A stretch of 64,000 nucleotides of DNA from the IMG/VR virus record IMGVR_UViG_3300014501_000013, positions 9,806 to 73,805 of that record, one strand, 5' to 3'. Positions 28,187 to 37,917 of this stretch are shown here, in pieces. The position numbers and the translations under genes are program-made. The number at the start of each line of letters is the position of its first letter. Positions within the stretch are counted from its first letter, which is position 1. The notes under the pieces were generated by a model, which was not told where the DNA came from, did not search any database, and worked only from the letters and a program-made list of their open reading frames with translations. This stretch comes from a virus.

Positions 28187-30745
28187 ATGCGAGTCACGGT
28201 GAGCAGATATTTCATATCTCTGATAGTACTTCTATTCGGTTCCGTCGCGGTGTTGGCCCAATCGGTGACCATCTCCGATACGCTCTACCTCCCTGACGGT
28301 ACGAAGTATTCAGGGCAACTCACGATCTCATGGCCAGTACCGTTCACGGGTGGTGATGGTCGGCAGATTCCATCGGGACCGCCGATCTCAACAAGCGTAA
28401 ACAATGGAGTGCTGAGTGTGGCGCTTGAGGCGAATAGTACCGCGACACCAGCCGGCACGTTTTACCAAGTAGTTTACCGACCGGCGGGAAGTTCAGCTAT
28501 TACCGAAATATGGATCGTCCCCTGCTGCTCTTCTCCGGTAAATCTGAGCACTGTCCGAGTGGCACTTCCGCCGTCGCCGTCCTTCATGATCGCGCTTTCG
28601 CAACTAGCCCAAGGCGGAGCGACTTCGGGCCAGTGCATCACATGGGGTGGCAGTTCGTGGGCCGTTGGCGCGTGCGGCAACCTGCCAAACATCGTGACAC
28701 CTGGGACGAACACAAAGATCACCTACAACGCCCAAGGTCTTGTCACGTCAGCCGTCCAAGCTAACTTCACCGACTTGGCGGGATCTTTGCAACTCACGCA
28801 GACGCCGCTCACTACAAGTCAGGACATCTTATTTGACAACGCCGGAAGTCTTGGGCGTCTTCCCATTTCCTTGGTTGGGAACGGAGCATGTCTTGGCAAC
28901 TCCGGCGGCGTGTGGGCCAGTCTGGCGTGTTCGGGAGGCGGCGGTACAGGAACGGTCATCAACGACGCGCCGCTCACGAACGGGCAACTCGCGATCGGTG
29001 GGACAGCGGGTGGCGTTCACATCACGGTCGGAGATTTGAGTGGGGACATTGCTACCGCTGGCAGCACCGTAACAGTGCTTCCTACTGTCAACTCGAACGT
29101 AGGCACCTGTGGCGATTCGACTCACGTTAGCCATATTACTCTCAATGCTAAAGGACAAGCCACGGCTTGTACTGCGGTGGCTATTTCCGGTGTTTCTTTC
29201 CCGTCTGCCTCGGCCCAGCTCCAATATCTACGCATTCAGCCCAACACCGGCAATCTTACTACTACCCAATTCGCGGGTCCGTTTGTGTTCTACCCGGAAG
29301 ACTACAACTTCACTGCGCAAGCCCCAGGCGGCTCTCTGACAGGTGGTGGTGGTACTCAAACAATCAACCTCTCTCCGTGTCCTCTTGGCTTGAATGGCTC
29401 GGATACATTGCACCAAGTGTATCTTAGCGGGGGAACGGGCACAGCCGAAGCCAAGCCGATTACGGGTGGTACCTGCATATCCGGCGCGTCATCGGGAACT
29501 ATTACTCTGTCTCCAACGAACTCGCATAGCGGTGCGTGGACGGTCGGACCTGCATCGGCCGGAATCCAGGAAGCGCTGGTTGCCGCTAGTGGTTCTGGAG
29601 TGAAACTGCGCGATGCCACGTATGGCGTGTACGCGCCGATCTACGTGTGCCAAGGAACACTGACTGGCGCGGGGATGTTCAACTCCATCCTTCAGATTCA
29701 AACGGCCTCTGTGGGCGCTATTGATGCACCGTGCCAAAAGGACACTTTTGAAAATTTCGGCATCACGACTGCCAGCATGACGCCGGGAACGAGCGGAAAC
29801 TACGGAATCCGACTCGGCAACGGATCGGGACACGACAACTCTTTCACGCGCATCAACCGCCTTTACTTTGAGCCGCTGTACGACGCGATCCTTTGCATCA
29901 ATTGCTCCCAGACTTCGATTACGAACAACGTTTTTTACAACTTCTACCACACCGCGATCACGGCTAACGACACCACGGGCGGAGACAACGATGGGCCTTG
30001 GATTCGCGGCAACGTGATGTTTAACTACAACTCGTACTCGACGCCGGCGCTCGCCTGCATGTACATCACTTCGACGGGTGGCATCACGATCACCGACAAC
30101 AATTGCTACGGAAGTTCGGCGCTTACTTCGCCGCAACTCCAGTACAACGTCTACATGAATCAGACGGCATCGACGCAGTTGACGATGAAAGGGAATGTCT
30201 TCGAGACGGTATCAGTGGATAACGTAGCGCTGGTTGGGGTCTTTAATCTTATCACTATCACTGGCAATACCATCGCGCAGCCGCAAGTCGCCCAATCGGG
30301 GTGGCGCGGCATTACGATTAGCGGCAATAACACGACCAGTCCATGCGGCAGCGGAATCGGCATCTGCCAGGTTGCGATTACAGGAAACACTATTCAGGGT
30401 CCGGGGCCAAGTTCTAGTTCTTCCGTCTGCATTGAACTGATCGGCTATATAAGTGGTGCGTTCATCGGCGGGAACCCCTGTAACTTTTCGCAGATCGGCG
30501 TCAACATCGGCAGCAACGTGACGGCCACCACCGTGGGCCAGAACCAGATGTCCACATATAGCACTAACGTATACGGCGGTTCGACGGGCACAACATGGGA
30601 CTCGCCAGCAGCAATCGTCTGGTCTCAGCGCCCGATAGCAGCGAATGGTTCTGTTATCTACATGAGCGATGCCAACGCGGGCTGCACCGCTGGAGGCTCC
30701 AGTGGCCAACGGTGTGAATTTATAAATTCTGCATGGACCCATTAA
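28187..30745 (+). CDS. Signal-peptide-bearing fibre/tailspike with beta-helix (pectate-lyase-like) C-terminus
   Basis: ...RYFISLIVLLFGSVAVLA-Q; TKITYNAQGLVT fibre repeats; ITxN/GN beta-helix rungs; about 22 paired Cys. Confidence 0.75.
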   Translation: MRVTVSRYFISLIVLLFGSVAVLAQSVTISDTLYLPDGTKYSGQLTISWPVPFTGGDGRQIPSGPPISTSVNNGVLSVALEANSTATPAGTFYQVVYRPAGSSAITEIWIVPCCSSPVNLSTVRVALPPSPSFMIALSQLAQGGATSGQCITWGGSSWAVGACGNLPNIVTPGTNTKITYNAQGLVTSAVQANFTDLAGSLQLTQTPLTTSQDILFDNAGSLGRLPISLVGNGACLGNSGGVWASLACSGGGGTGTVINDAPLTNGQLAIGGTAGGVHITVGDLSGDIATAGSTVTVLPTVNSNVGTCGDSTHVSHITLNAKGQATACTAVAISGVSFPSASAQLQYLRIQPNTGNLTTTQFAGPFVFYPEDYNFTAQAPGGSLTGGGGTQTINLSPCPLGLNGSDTLHQVYLSGGTGTAEAKPITGGTCISGASSGTITLSPTNSHSGAWTVGPASAGIQEALVAASGSGVKLRDATYGVYAPIYVCQGTLTGAGMFNSILQIQTASVGAIDAPCQKDTFENFGITTASMTPGTSGNYGIRLGNGSGHDNSFTRINRLYFEPLYDAILCINCSQTSITNNVFYNFYHTAITANDTTGGDNDGPWIRGNVMFNYNSYSTPALACMYITSTGGITITDNNCYGSSALTSPQLQYNVYMNQTASTQLTMKGNVFETVSVDNVALVGVFNLITITGNTIAQPQVAQSGWRGITISGNNTTSPCGSGIGICQVAITGNTIQGPGPSSSSSVCIELIGYISGAFIGGNPCNFSQIGVNIGSNVTATTVGQNQMSTYSTNVYGGSTGTTWDSPAAIVWSQRPIAANGSVIYMSDANAGCTAGGSSGQRCEFINSAWTH

Positions 30746-30752
30746 ATTCTCT

Positions 30753-31079
30753 ATGAAACTACTACTCATTCTCTCACTATTTTCGTTGGCCGCATTCGCT
30801 GCCGACGCACCGAAACCAACACCAACCCCGGTCAACCCGATCACGGACAAGCAAGCGAAAGATGCTGCTATCGTTCAGCGCGATTTCATGGTGGCCAAGT
30901 CGGATCTCGACGCGGCACAGACCAAGTTCAACGCAGCGCAGAAAGCGCTCATGGCCAAGTATGACGAACTGGGCGCGAGTTGCAAAACGATCAAGCAGAC
31001 TTTTGAGCCGAACGCAATAGGGTGCGTGCCTGCTCCAGAGACAGCCGCAGTTACCGCGAAAACAGAACCCAAGAAGTAA
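30753..31079 (+). CDS. Small secreted coiled-coil protein
   Basis: MKLLLILSLFSLAAFA-AD; one Cys pair. Confidence 0.7.
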   Translation: MKLLLILSLFSLAAFAADAPKPTPTPVNPITDKQAKDAAIVQRDFMVAKSDLDAAQTKFNAAQKALMAKYDELGASCKTIKQTFEPNAIGCVPAPETAAVTAKTEPKK

Positions 31080-31091
31080 AGGAGAACTCGC

Positions 31092-31802
31092 ATGTCTTCA
31101 ATGCCGATGTCACCGCAACAAATGATGATGATGCGCCAGCAGCAGCAAGGGAATCAACAGCAACAGGCAATGCCCGCTGCTGGCCCCGGCGGAGGTGCGC
31201 TCCCAATGATGCCACAACGTCCAGCGGGATCTCCCGGCGCATGGGGTTCTGGCGGCGGTGGGGCACCGATGGGCGGCCCTGGCCAGTGGGGTGGTGGCGC
31301 TCCCGGTGGAATGCCGCCGCGCCAAATGCCGCCGCAAATGGGCGGTCCCCCTGGCGGCGGGATGCCTCCTGGGATGCCGGGCGGAATGCCGCAGCAGGGG
31401 ATGATGCCACCTGGAGGCGGCGGTGGGATGCCTCCGCGACCGATGGGCCAACAGATGGCTCCCCCCGGCGGAGGACCTAATTATGGGACTGGCTACGGGA
31501 GTGCTCCTGGTGCTAACGGTGGTTTGCCTTCAGTAGGAGCCAACGCGACTGCTGGAAACTCGTATGGTCCAGGGGCTCCTCAAATGCCTCCAGGGATGGG
31601 CGGCGGCCAAATGCAACCGATGGGTGGTCCATCAATGTCTGGCCAGCCAGCGCCCCCTGGTGCAGGTGCGCCACCGCAATCCGCCCAAAATCCATGGGGC
31701 GGCGCTGGAGGAACTATGCAAGGGCTACCGCCGCAACAGGGCGGCGGTATGCAGCAAAACCAGCTCGCCATGCTTCGCCGTCAGCAGCCAATGAGCCAGT
31801 AA
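31092..31802 (+). CDS. G/P/M/Q-rich prion-like low-complexity protein
   Basis: No D, E, K, H, C, F or I in 236 aa; RBS AAGGAG. Confidence 0.7.
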   Translation: MSSMPMSPQQMMMMRQQQQGNQQQQAMPAAGPGGGALPMMPQRPAGSPGAWGSGGGGAPMGGPGQWGGGAPGGMPPRQMPPQMGGPPGGGMPPGMPGGMPQQGMMPPGGGGGMPPRPMGQQMAPPGGGPNYGTGYGSAPGANGGLPSVGANATAGNSYGPGAPQMPPGMGGGQMQPMGGPSMSGQPAPPGAGAPPQSAQNPWGGAGGTMQGLPPQQGGGMQQNQLAMLRRQQPMSQ

Positions 31803-31812
31803 GGAGTTCCCC

Positions 31813-33435
31813 GTGTCAACCGCTCCCGCACCGTACAGCAATTTCAGTTATTCGGATTGGCTCAACCAAGCTCCGTATCAGTCCTTCAACGATGGAAACA
31901 TCAACGGTGTCCAGAACTCCAATTGGTCCAATCCGAACTCTGCCTTCCAAAGCAACCTTCTCAACGAGCAGGTTCAGGGCGGAGAACTGCAATCAGAGTT
32001 CGGGAACACGGCGAACTCTGCTCAACAGCTTGCAAATTACTACCGCGTGCCGATGGACCAGGCTGCGGGAGCGCTCGCCCAGACTCCAGGCTACACATCC
32101 GGCGAACTGGGTAACATTCTCGATACCAGCGGCTACCAGCAGGGCGAGACCACGGGAGGGCAGTATGCCTCGATGGCCCCCACCGGGTCGCAGCAGTCGG
32201 CGATGGAGGGCAACCCGAACAGTTTCATGAACTGGTTCGATCCGGCGCAAACGCAGGGCGATATCACGACTGCCGCCGGCTATTCGCAAAATGACCTGAA
32301 CAACACCAACATCGCGTTGCAAAACACAATGAATAACCAGTCCGCTGGCTATTCAGGTGCGATCAATCCATCGGCGTTGACGGTTAACCCAGCGCTTCAG
32401 GGACAACTGCAAAACACGGTCGGCGGGGCGACCAGCGCGATCAATTCGGCTGTCAATAGCCCCAACCTTCAATTGAACCTCGCGCCACAGAACTACCTGA
32501 TGAGCAATCAGCAGGTTCAGGCAACACAGAACCAGGCGGCGCAAGACGTTCAGCAGCAGGCGCAATCCCAGTACGAGAACACCTACAAATCCGCGCTCGC
32601 TTCTGGCAATGCCGATCCCATGGCGCTCGCGGCGCTCCAACAGCAATCGCAGGCTACAGGTGAAGAAGCCGCGGCCAACGCTGAGACAAGTGCCAACCTT
32701 GCAGCAACAGGCCAACAGCGAACCCTTGCGATGAACTACGCCCAAGCTCAGTTGGGAGCCGGGCAGACACAGGCGGGGTTGCAATCATCGGCGCAAGAGA
32801 ACCTCCTTGGCCAGACGCTTGGAGAACAGACCGGGTACGCGGGCCTCCAGATTGGAGCGCAGCAGGGACTGACCCAAGACCAGATGACAGCGGTCCAGAA
32901 TCAAGCGAACACGCAGACGGGAGCCAACGAATATCTCGGTACCACGGGCGTCAACTTACAACAGGGCGTCGGAGCGCAGGAAGAGGCTGCTCAGCAGTAT
33001 TTGACGAATATGGGCACTGGCATAACAGAGGCGCAGAATACCGCGAAGACGGGCGCAGCCACCCAGCAGTATCAGAACCAGCTTCAGAACCAGATGTACC
33101 AGCAGCAGAACACGTTCAACCAGAATACCGCGGTGCAGGATCGCCAGTCGGCGGCGTACTCGGCCGCCGCGAATGCGCGCATGGCCGGCCAAGGTCAGTT
33201 CCTCAATTGGTCCACAGGGGCCACCAGCGGAGCGACTAATCAGCAGTTGGCGAGCCAGAACATGCAGGCCGGTGTCTACGGTACGCAGGGTCAGTTGGCA
33301 AACAACGCTGCGGGTCAGTGGGGCAACTACCAGATTCAGAAGAATGGCCAGCCAGGGATGACCTCACAGGTTATGGGCGGAATTGCGGGGGCCGCATCAG
33401 CAGCGGCACCGTATGCAGCGATGGCGTTCGCGTAA
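31813..33435 (+). CDS. Internal virion / DNA ejection (pilot-like) protein
   Basis: Q/N/A/G-rich helical protein with hydrophobic GGIAGAASAAA C-terminus; position. Confidence 0.6.
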   Translation: MSTAPAPYSNFSYSDWLNQAPYQSFNDGNINGVQNSNWSNPNSAFQSNLLNEQVQGGELQSEFGNTANSAQQLANYYRVPMDQAAGALAQTPGYTSGELGNILDTSGYQQGETTGGQYASMAPTGSQQSAMEGNPNSFMNWFDPAQTQGDITTAAGYSQNDLNNTNIALQNTMNNQSAGYSGAINPSALTVNPALQGQLQNTVGGATSAINSAVNSPNLQLNLAPQNYLMSNQQVQATQNQAAQDVQQQAQSQYENTYKSALASGNADPMALAALQQQSQATGEEAAANAETSANLAATGQQRTLAMNYAQAQLGAGQTQAGLQSSAQENLLGQTLGEQTGYAGLQIGAQQGLTQDQMTAVQNQANTQTGANEYLGTTGVNLQQGVGAQEEAAQQYLTNMGTGITEAQNTAKTGAATQQYQNQLQNQMYQQQNTFNQNTAVQDRQSAAYSAAANARMAGQGQFLNWSTGATSGATNQQLASQNMQAGVYGTQGQLANNAAGQWGNYQIQKNGQPGMTSQVMGGIAGAASAAAPYAAMAFA

Positions 33436-33444
33436 AGGAACCTA

Positions 33445-35826
33445 ATGGGCGGCTACAATATTCCCGGTTACAACTCCAGCGGCGGCGCCTTCGAGCAGGG
33501 GCCCGATCCTAACGATCCGAACCAGCAGCAGCCGAATGGCTACACGCAACTGCTCGCGCGGCTTCGGCAATTGCAAACGGGCGGTCTTCCGCTTCAGCAG
33601 CAACAGAATGGGCAAGTAGGGATGAACCAGCCCAATCAGCCAAATCAGCCGTATAACAAGGGTACGCAGATGGGGTCGAATATCGGGTCGATCATTAAAA
33701 ACGTTGGCCAGATGTTCCAACCACAAGTCGGCACAGGCGGTAACCTTCCGGCATCGTCCATGATGAACATCGGAATGCCACCGAGCCTCTACGGGGGTGC
33801 GCCCGCCGCGGCACCGCCCAGTTTTCCTGGAGACGGATCGTCCATGGCGTCTCCCGACATGCCTGAGTTCGCCTATGGCGGTACAATCTTCGGACAAAAC
33901 GACCCGAACAACACAAGTTCCAGCAGCGGGCCGACGATCCAGGGACCGGCGGATTCCCTCTTCGGTGAAGCTGGCCCGGAGTTGCTATCTCACTCAAGCG
34001 GCGCGCCACCAGAAGTTATCACTAAGCCACAGGTGCGAACGCTTGGTACTCAGGGTACCGACACAGTAACCCCGCTCACCGCACCGCCGCACAAAGTCAC
34101 GCCAGCGGGCAAGAACCTCATCAAGCGGCTCCATCCCAAGTATCGGTTCGACGAAGGTGGAACCGTTACGGGCGAAGATGATGCACTTTACGGTTCCGAC
34201 CTCGATGCCATGGCCGCGCAGCAGCGAGCGAATCCGCAATTAGATGCGGTTGACGAATCCGAAGGCGCTGGCGGACCTATTCCGGCTGGAACGGCCAATC
34301 TCGGCGCAAGTGGCGGAATTAATCGTTACGGTATTCTCCCTGGCGTTGCTACTCTGCCGGCGGCTCCAACGCAAGGGCCAACTACTGAGGACACTACTAA
34401 TATCGGCGCACCGCCCCTCATCGCTCCCGATAGTCAAACCCCGAGTAGCGCTGCGAATGCCGCAGCACCTCAAGCTGCTTCGCTAGGCAATCGTCCAGCG
34501 GCACCCCCTCCATCCGTCCGCGAGCAGACCGCTGGGCTCAGGACGCCCGTGCCTACGCCGCCCAGCATGGGCCAGCGCGTTGCCGCCGGGGTTCTCGGCG
34601 GTCTCGCGGGATGGGCCAATCAAAAGGCGTGGCGCGGTCGGCCAATCGACACCACGGCGGCTACCCAGAACATCCTCTATCCAGGCCAAGCGCAGAAGCA
34701 GGCGCAGTTCAACGCGCAGGCTCAGGATCTCCAGCGGCAACTCAACATGCAGGAGGGCGGCGACAAGGATAAGATGCAGGCCGCGCAGTTGGCCAACTTA
34801 CAAGCCAATACCGCGCTGACGCAGAACCAAGTTGAAAATCCTTCCCTGAAATATCCCGACCTTGTTCCCGACCCAGACCCGAACAAGCAGAACCCGAAAG
34901 CCTATCCCGGAACTCATTTGGTAGTCGGTGGCCAGCCGATGTATCGCCCGACGGCGGTGGAGAAATCGCAGCAGACTTGGTTGGAGGTTCCGACCGTTTT
35001 ACAGAAACGCTACGGGATGCCGGCCAAGGCTCCCTATCAGATGATCGATTCCACATTGCGGACGATGGAGATTGAAGCCCAGAGCCAAGCGACCATGGCG
35101 GGTCGGCAACAAATGCAGCAGCAGGTTTTAGAGGCTCGTGCCGAAGCGAACAACCAGATGAATCAGACCAAGTTGCTCGTGGGCGGTATGATGGGCGCGA
35201 ATAAAACGGCGGATGCTTCGAACAAGAGTTACCAGTTCAACGTCGGGGAACTCAACAAAATTGGATCACCGGTAGACCAACTAGTGAGCAGGATGGGGCG
35301 TTTGCAGGACACGCTCGCACAAAACAGCCCCGCTGCTGACGCGCTCGTCGCGCCGGAACTGTTAACGGTAATGGCCGGTGGCCAAGGCTCCGGGATGCGC
35401 ATGAACGAAGCGGAAATCTCCCGCATCGTTGGCGGTCGCTCTAACTGGCAATCGCTTCAGGCTGCTGTCAATAAGTGGCAACTCGATCCGTCCCAAGCTC
35501 TCAGCATCACGCCCGCGCAGCGCGCGCAGATGAACGCGCTTATTGGAACGGTCAATCAAAAGCTACAGGCTAAGAAGCAGATTGTCGATCAGGCGCAGCA
35601 GGATCTCGTTGGCACGGACGACATAAAGCAACACCGGCAAATCGTAGTGAATGCGCGTAGGTCGGTGTCGGGAGTCGACCAGGGCGCAGGCCAACCCAGC
35701 GGCCAAGTTCCGCCAGCAGTCCAGCAGGTTCTTTCCAAAGCAACTCCAGGCATTCACACACTCAGCGACGGCAGCAAGTGGATGAAGACGGCTGATGGCA
35801 ACGTGATCGCGGCTCCTGCTCAATAA
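33445..35826 (+). CDS. Internal virion / ejection protein
   Basis: FAYGG...GEAGPE and FDEGG motifs, amphipathic GVLGGLAG segment, C-terminal helical domain. Confidence 0.6.
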   Translation: MGGYNIPGYNSSGGAFEQGPDPNDPNQQQPNGYTQLLARLRQLQTGGLPLQQQQNGQVGMNQPNQPNQPYNKGTQMGSNIGSIIKNVGQMFQPQVGTGGNLPASSMMNIGMPPSLYGGAPAAAPPSFPGDGSSMASPDMPEFAYGGTIFGQNDPNNTSSSSGPTIQGPADSLFGEAGPELLSHSSGAPPEVITKPQVRTLGTQGTDTVTPLTAPPHKVTPAGKNLIKRLHPKYRFDEGGTVTGEDDALYGSDLDAMAAQQRANPQLDAVDESEGAGGPIPAGTANLGASGGINRYGILPGVATLPAAPTQGPTTEDTTNIGAPPLIAPDSQTPSSAANAAAPQAASLGNRPAAPPPSVREQTAGLRTPVPTPPSMGQRVAAGVLGGLAGWANQKAWRGRPIDTTAATQNILYPGQAQKQAQFNAQAQDLQRQLNMQEGGDKDKMQAAQLANLQANTALTQNQVENPSLKYPDLVPDPDPNKQNPKAYPGTHLVVGGQPMYRPTAVEKSQQTWLEVPTVLQKRYGMPAKAPYQMIDSTLRTMEIEAQSQATMAGRQQMQQQVLEARAEANNQMNQTKLLVGGMMGANKTADASNKSYQFNVGELNKIGSPVDQLVSRMGRLQDTLAQNSPAADALVAPELLTVMAGGQGSGMRMNEAEISRIVGGRSNWQSLQAAVNKWQLDPSQALSITPAQRAQMNALIGTVNQKLQAKKQIVDQAQQDLVGTDDIKQHRQIVVNARRSVSGVDQGAGQPSGQVPPAVQQVLSKATPGIHTLSDGSKWMKTADGNVIAAPAQ

Positions 35827-35827
35827 C

Positions 35828-37318
35828 ATGGCCGACGGGCTTTCCATTGTAGATTCGCAACCGCTCCCTCAGCAGGGACCACCGCTCTCAATCGTTAAGA
35901 GCGAGTCCATTCCATCACCAGAAGGCTTCTGGTCCAGTTTTTATAACGCCTCCCCTCTTCCTGCCGTCGTTAATGCGATCAAGGGCGGCAATAAACCCCC
36001 AGCGGGCCAACCGCCGCCGGTGGCCGTAGATCCATGGACCGGCGCAGCCCAGACGATTACCGATGCCGCTAAGAACGCCTATCAGCATATCGGCGCTGCT
36101 GGCGGAAAGATAGCGCAGGGCGATTACTCAGGGGCGCTCGGTGAATATGCTGGCGCGGTTCCGTTCTTTGGCCAAGGCGCGCAGAAATCCGGACAGCAAG
36201 CCGCTGCCGGAAACTATGCTGGTGCTGCTGGATCTGCTCTTGGGACGATCTCGGGGGCTGCAATTCCAGAAGCAAAGCGCGGCGGCGGGGAAGCTGCCCA
36301 AGCAGTCAAGGACTTTGCAGCGAAACCTGGAGCGGCAGACATCCTGATGGGCGGCGGCTTGGTCGCGGGCGGCGCAACGGGAGCCGTGGCAGGGGCACTC
36401 AAAGGGCACGCACCCATCGGTGCATCGGGCGGCTTGGCCGCTACGCTCTACGGTCTCGGGCGGATCAAGAAGGGCCTCACTGCGAACAAAGCCGCTGCCG
36501 TTGAGGCTGCCGGCGAAGCCGTAACGCCTCCGCCAAACCAATTCACGGGCCCACGCAATCCCGCCTGGAAGGACATCCCGGCGGAACCGGATTTGACCGC
36601 GCCAGATGCGACTCCCATTCCCTCCCCGTTGCCATCGGGACGCACTCCGGGCGGCATCCAGAACCAGCAGCCAATCACGACACCCGCCGCTTCAAGTTTC
36701 ACGCCATCCGCCGCCGACGCGGGAGTGAGCCTCAACGATCTCGCGATGGGCCAGTACAAAAAACCATTCGGAAAATTAAAGCTAGAGGAGCAGGCGAACG
36801 TAAAGAGCTGGAAGCAGCGCATCGACCAGGACAACCAACAGCCGACGCTGACGGCTCCCGATGCTCCAACACCCGCGCCAACTCCTGCACCACCTACTCC
36901 ATCTACACCGAAAACTCCGCCTCCGCGGCCCACTAGCACGCTGACGATCCCGCCCGCTGATGACCTGACCGGCCCTCTCGCTCATTCGGTGAATCGAGCC
37001 AACATCGTGATCGCCGCGGTTCGGGTAATGAACAATGGCGGGTACGATTCTAGCGTGATTCCGTCCATGAGGCCAGAGCACTGGGCCGCTATCGCTCAGG
37101 AAGTAGATAAGTTGCGTGGCGCTCCGCAGGGCAGCCCACCGCGCGCAGCGATTACCGACCCAGCGACTATTGACGCGATCAAGCAGCGACTTCAACTCCA
37201 GGAGCAACTTCGCGATTCCATGACCCCGAACATTGGCGTACTTCGCCCGACGCCCGCAGCGCAACCAACAATGGATGCCCAAGGCAACCCTATCCTTACC
37301 TCACCGGAGAACCCATGA
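35828..37318 (+). CDS. Internal virion / ejection protein
   Basis: Gly/Ala-rich membrane-like segments, Pro-rich linkers. Confidence 0.55.
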   Translation: MADGLSIVDSQPLPQQGPPLSIVKSESIPSPEGFWSSFYNASPLPAVVNAIKGGNKPPAGQPPPVAVDPWTGAAQTITDAAKNAYQHIGAAGGKIAQGDYSGALGEYAGAVPFFGQGAQKSGQQAAAGNYAGAAGSALGTISGAAIPEAKRGGGEAAQAVKDFAAKPGAADILMGGGLVAGGATGAVAGALKGHAPIGASGGLAATLYGLGRIKKGLTANKAAAVEAAGEAVTPPPNQFTGPRNPAWKDIPAEPDLTAPDATPIPSPLPSGRTPGGIQNQQPITTPAASSFTPSAADAGVSLNDLAMGQYKKPFGKLKLEEQANVKSWKQRIDQDNQQPTLTAPDAPTPAPTPAPPTPSTPKTPPPRPTSTLTIPPADDLTGPLAHSVNRANIVIAAVRVMNNGGYDSSVIPSMRPEHWAAIAQEVDKLRGAPQGSPPRAAITDPATIDAIKQRLQLQEQLRDSMTPNIGVLRPTPAAQPTMDAQGNPILTSPENP

Positions 37319-37908
37319 AATATTTGATGATTCCACTTTTCGCAATCGCCGCGTGGGCGCAGGAGGGGCAGCCCGTCAGCATCAGTCCCGCACCTGTGCC
37401 GCAAGCCTTCACTACGATCACACACTATACTAGCGGCAATCCTGACCGCGTTTGCAAGGCGCGATCCACGCAAGACGTATTCACGATCACGACCTCGGCG
37501 ATCTCGAATGCAAACCCAGGCGTCATCACGGCCACGGCTCACGGTTTCTATTACGACTCGGGCAACACGAGCGTTGTTCAAAAGTTCGTTGTGTTCATCT
37601 CCGGACTCACGGGAAGCTGGGCACCGCTGAATGGGCTCCAAGTGGTTTTTGCATCGAGTGCCAACGCGCTGACAAGCACGGTTAACACGACGGCATACGG
37701 TGCGGTAACCGGAACTGCCGTGGTTTCCTCGCGAGCCCCGCGCGTTACCGCCTCGATCTGGTCTGTGCTCACTACTGTCTACGATTCCAGCAATAACCCG
37801 ACAATCACTGCTTGGCCAGTTCCGACCACAGGTGCCACGCTCGGCAATCTTCAGGGTGGTCAAACGTCTTTCGCTTTCCCATGCGCGGCTCAAAGCGCGG
37901 TCCAGTAA
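37315..37908 (+). CDS. Secreted FCCH-like beta-domain protein
   Basis: MKYLMIPLFAIAAWA-Q; ISNANPGVIT..AHGF...ISGL.G....NG; two Cys. Confidence 0.7.
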   Translation: MKYLMIPLFAIAAWAQEGQPVSISPAPVPQAFTTITHYTSGNPDRVCKARSTQDVFTITTSAISNANPGVITATAHGFYYDSGNTSVVQKFVVFISGLTGSWAPLNGLQVVFASSANALTSTVNTTAYGAVTGTAVVSSRAPRVTASIWSVLTTVYDSSNNPTITAWPVPTTGATLGNLQGGQTSFAFPCAAQSAVQ

Positions 37909-37917
37909 GGAGTATCC

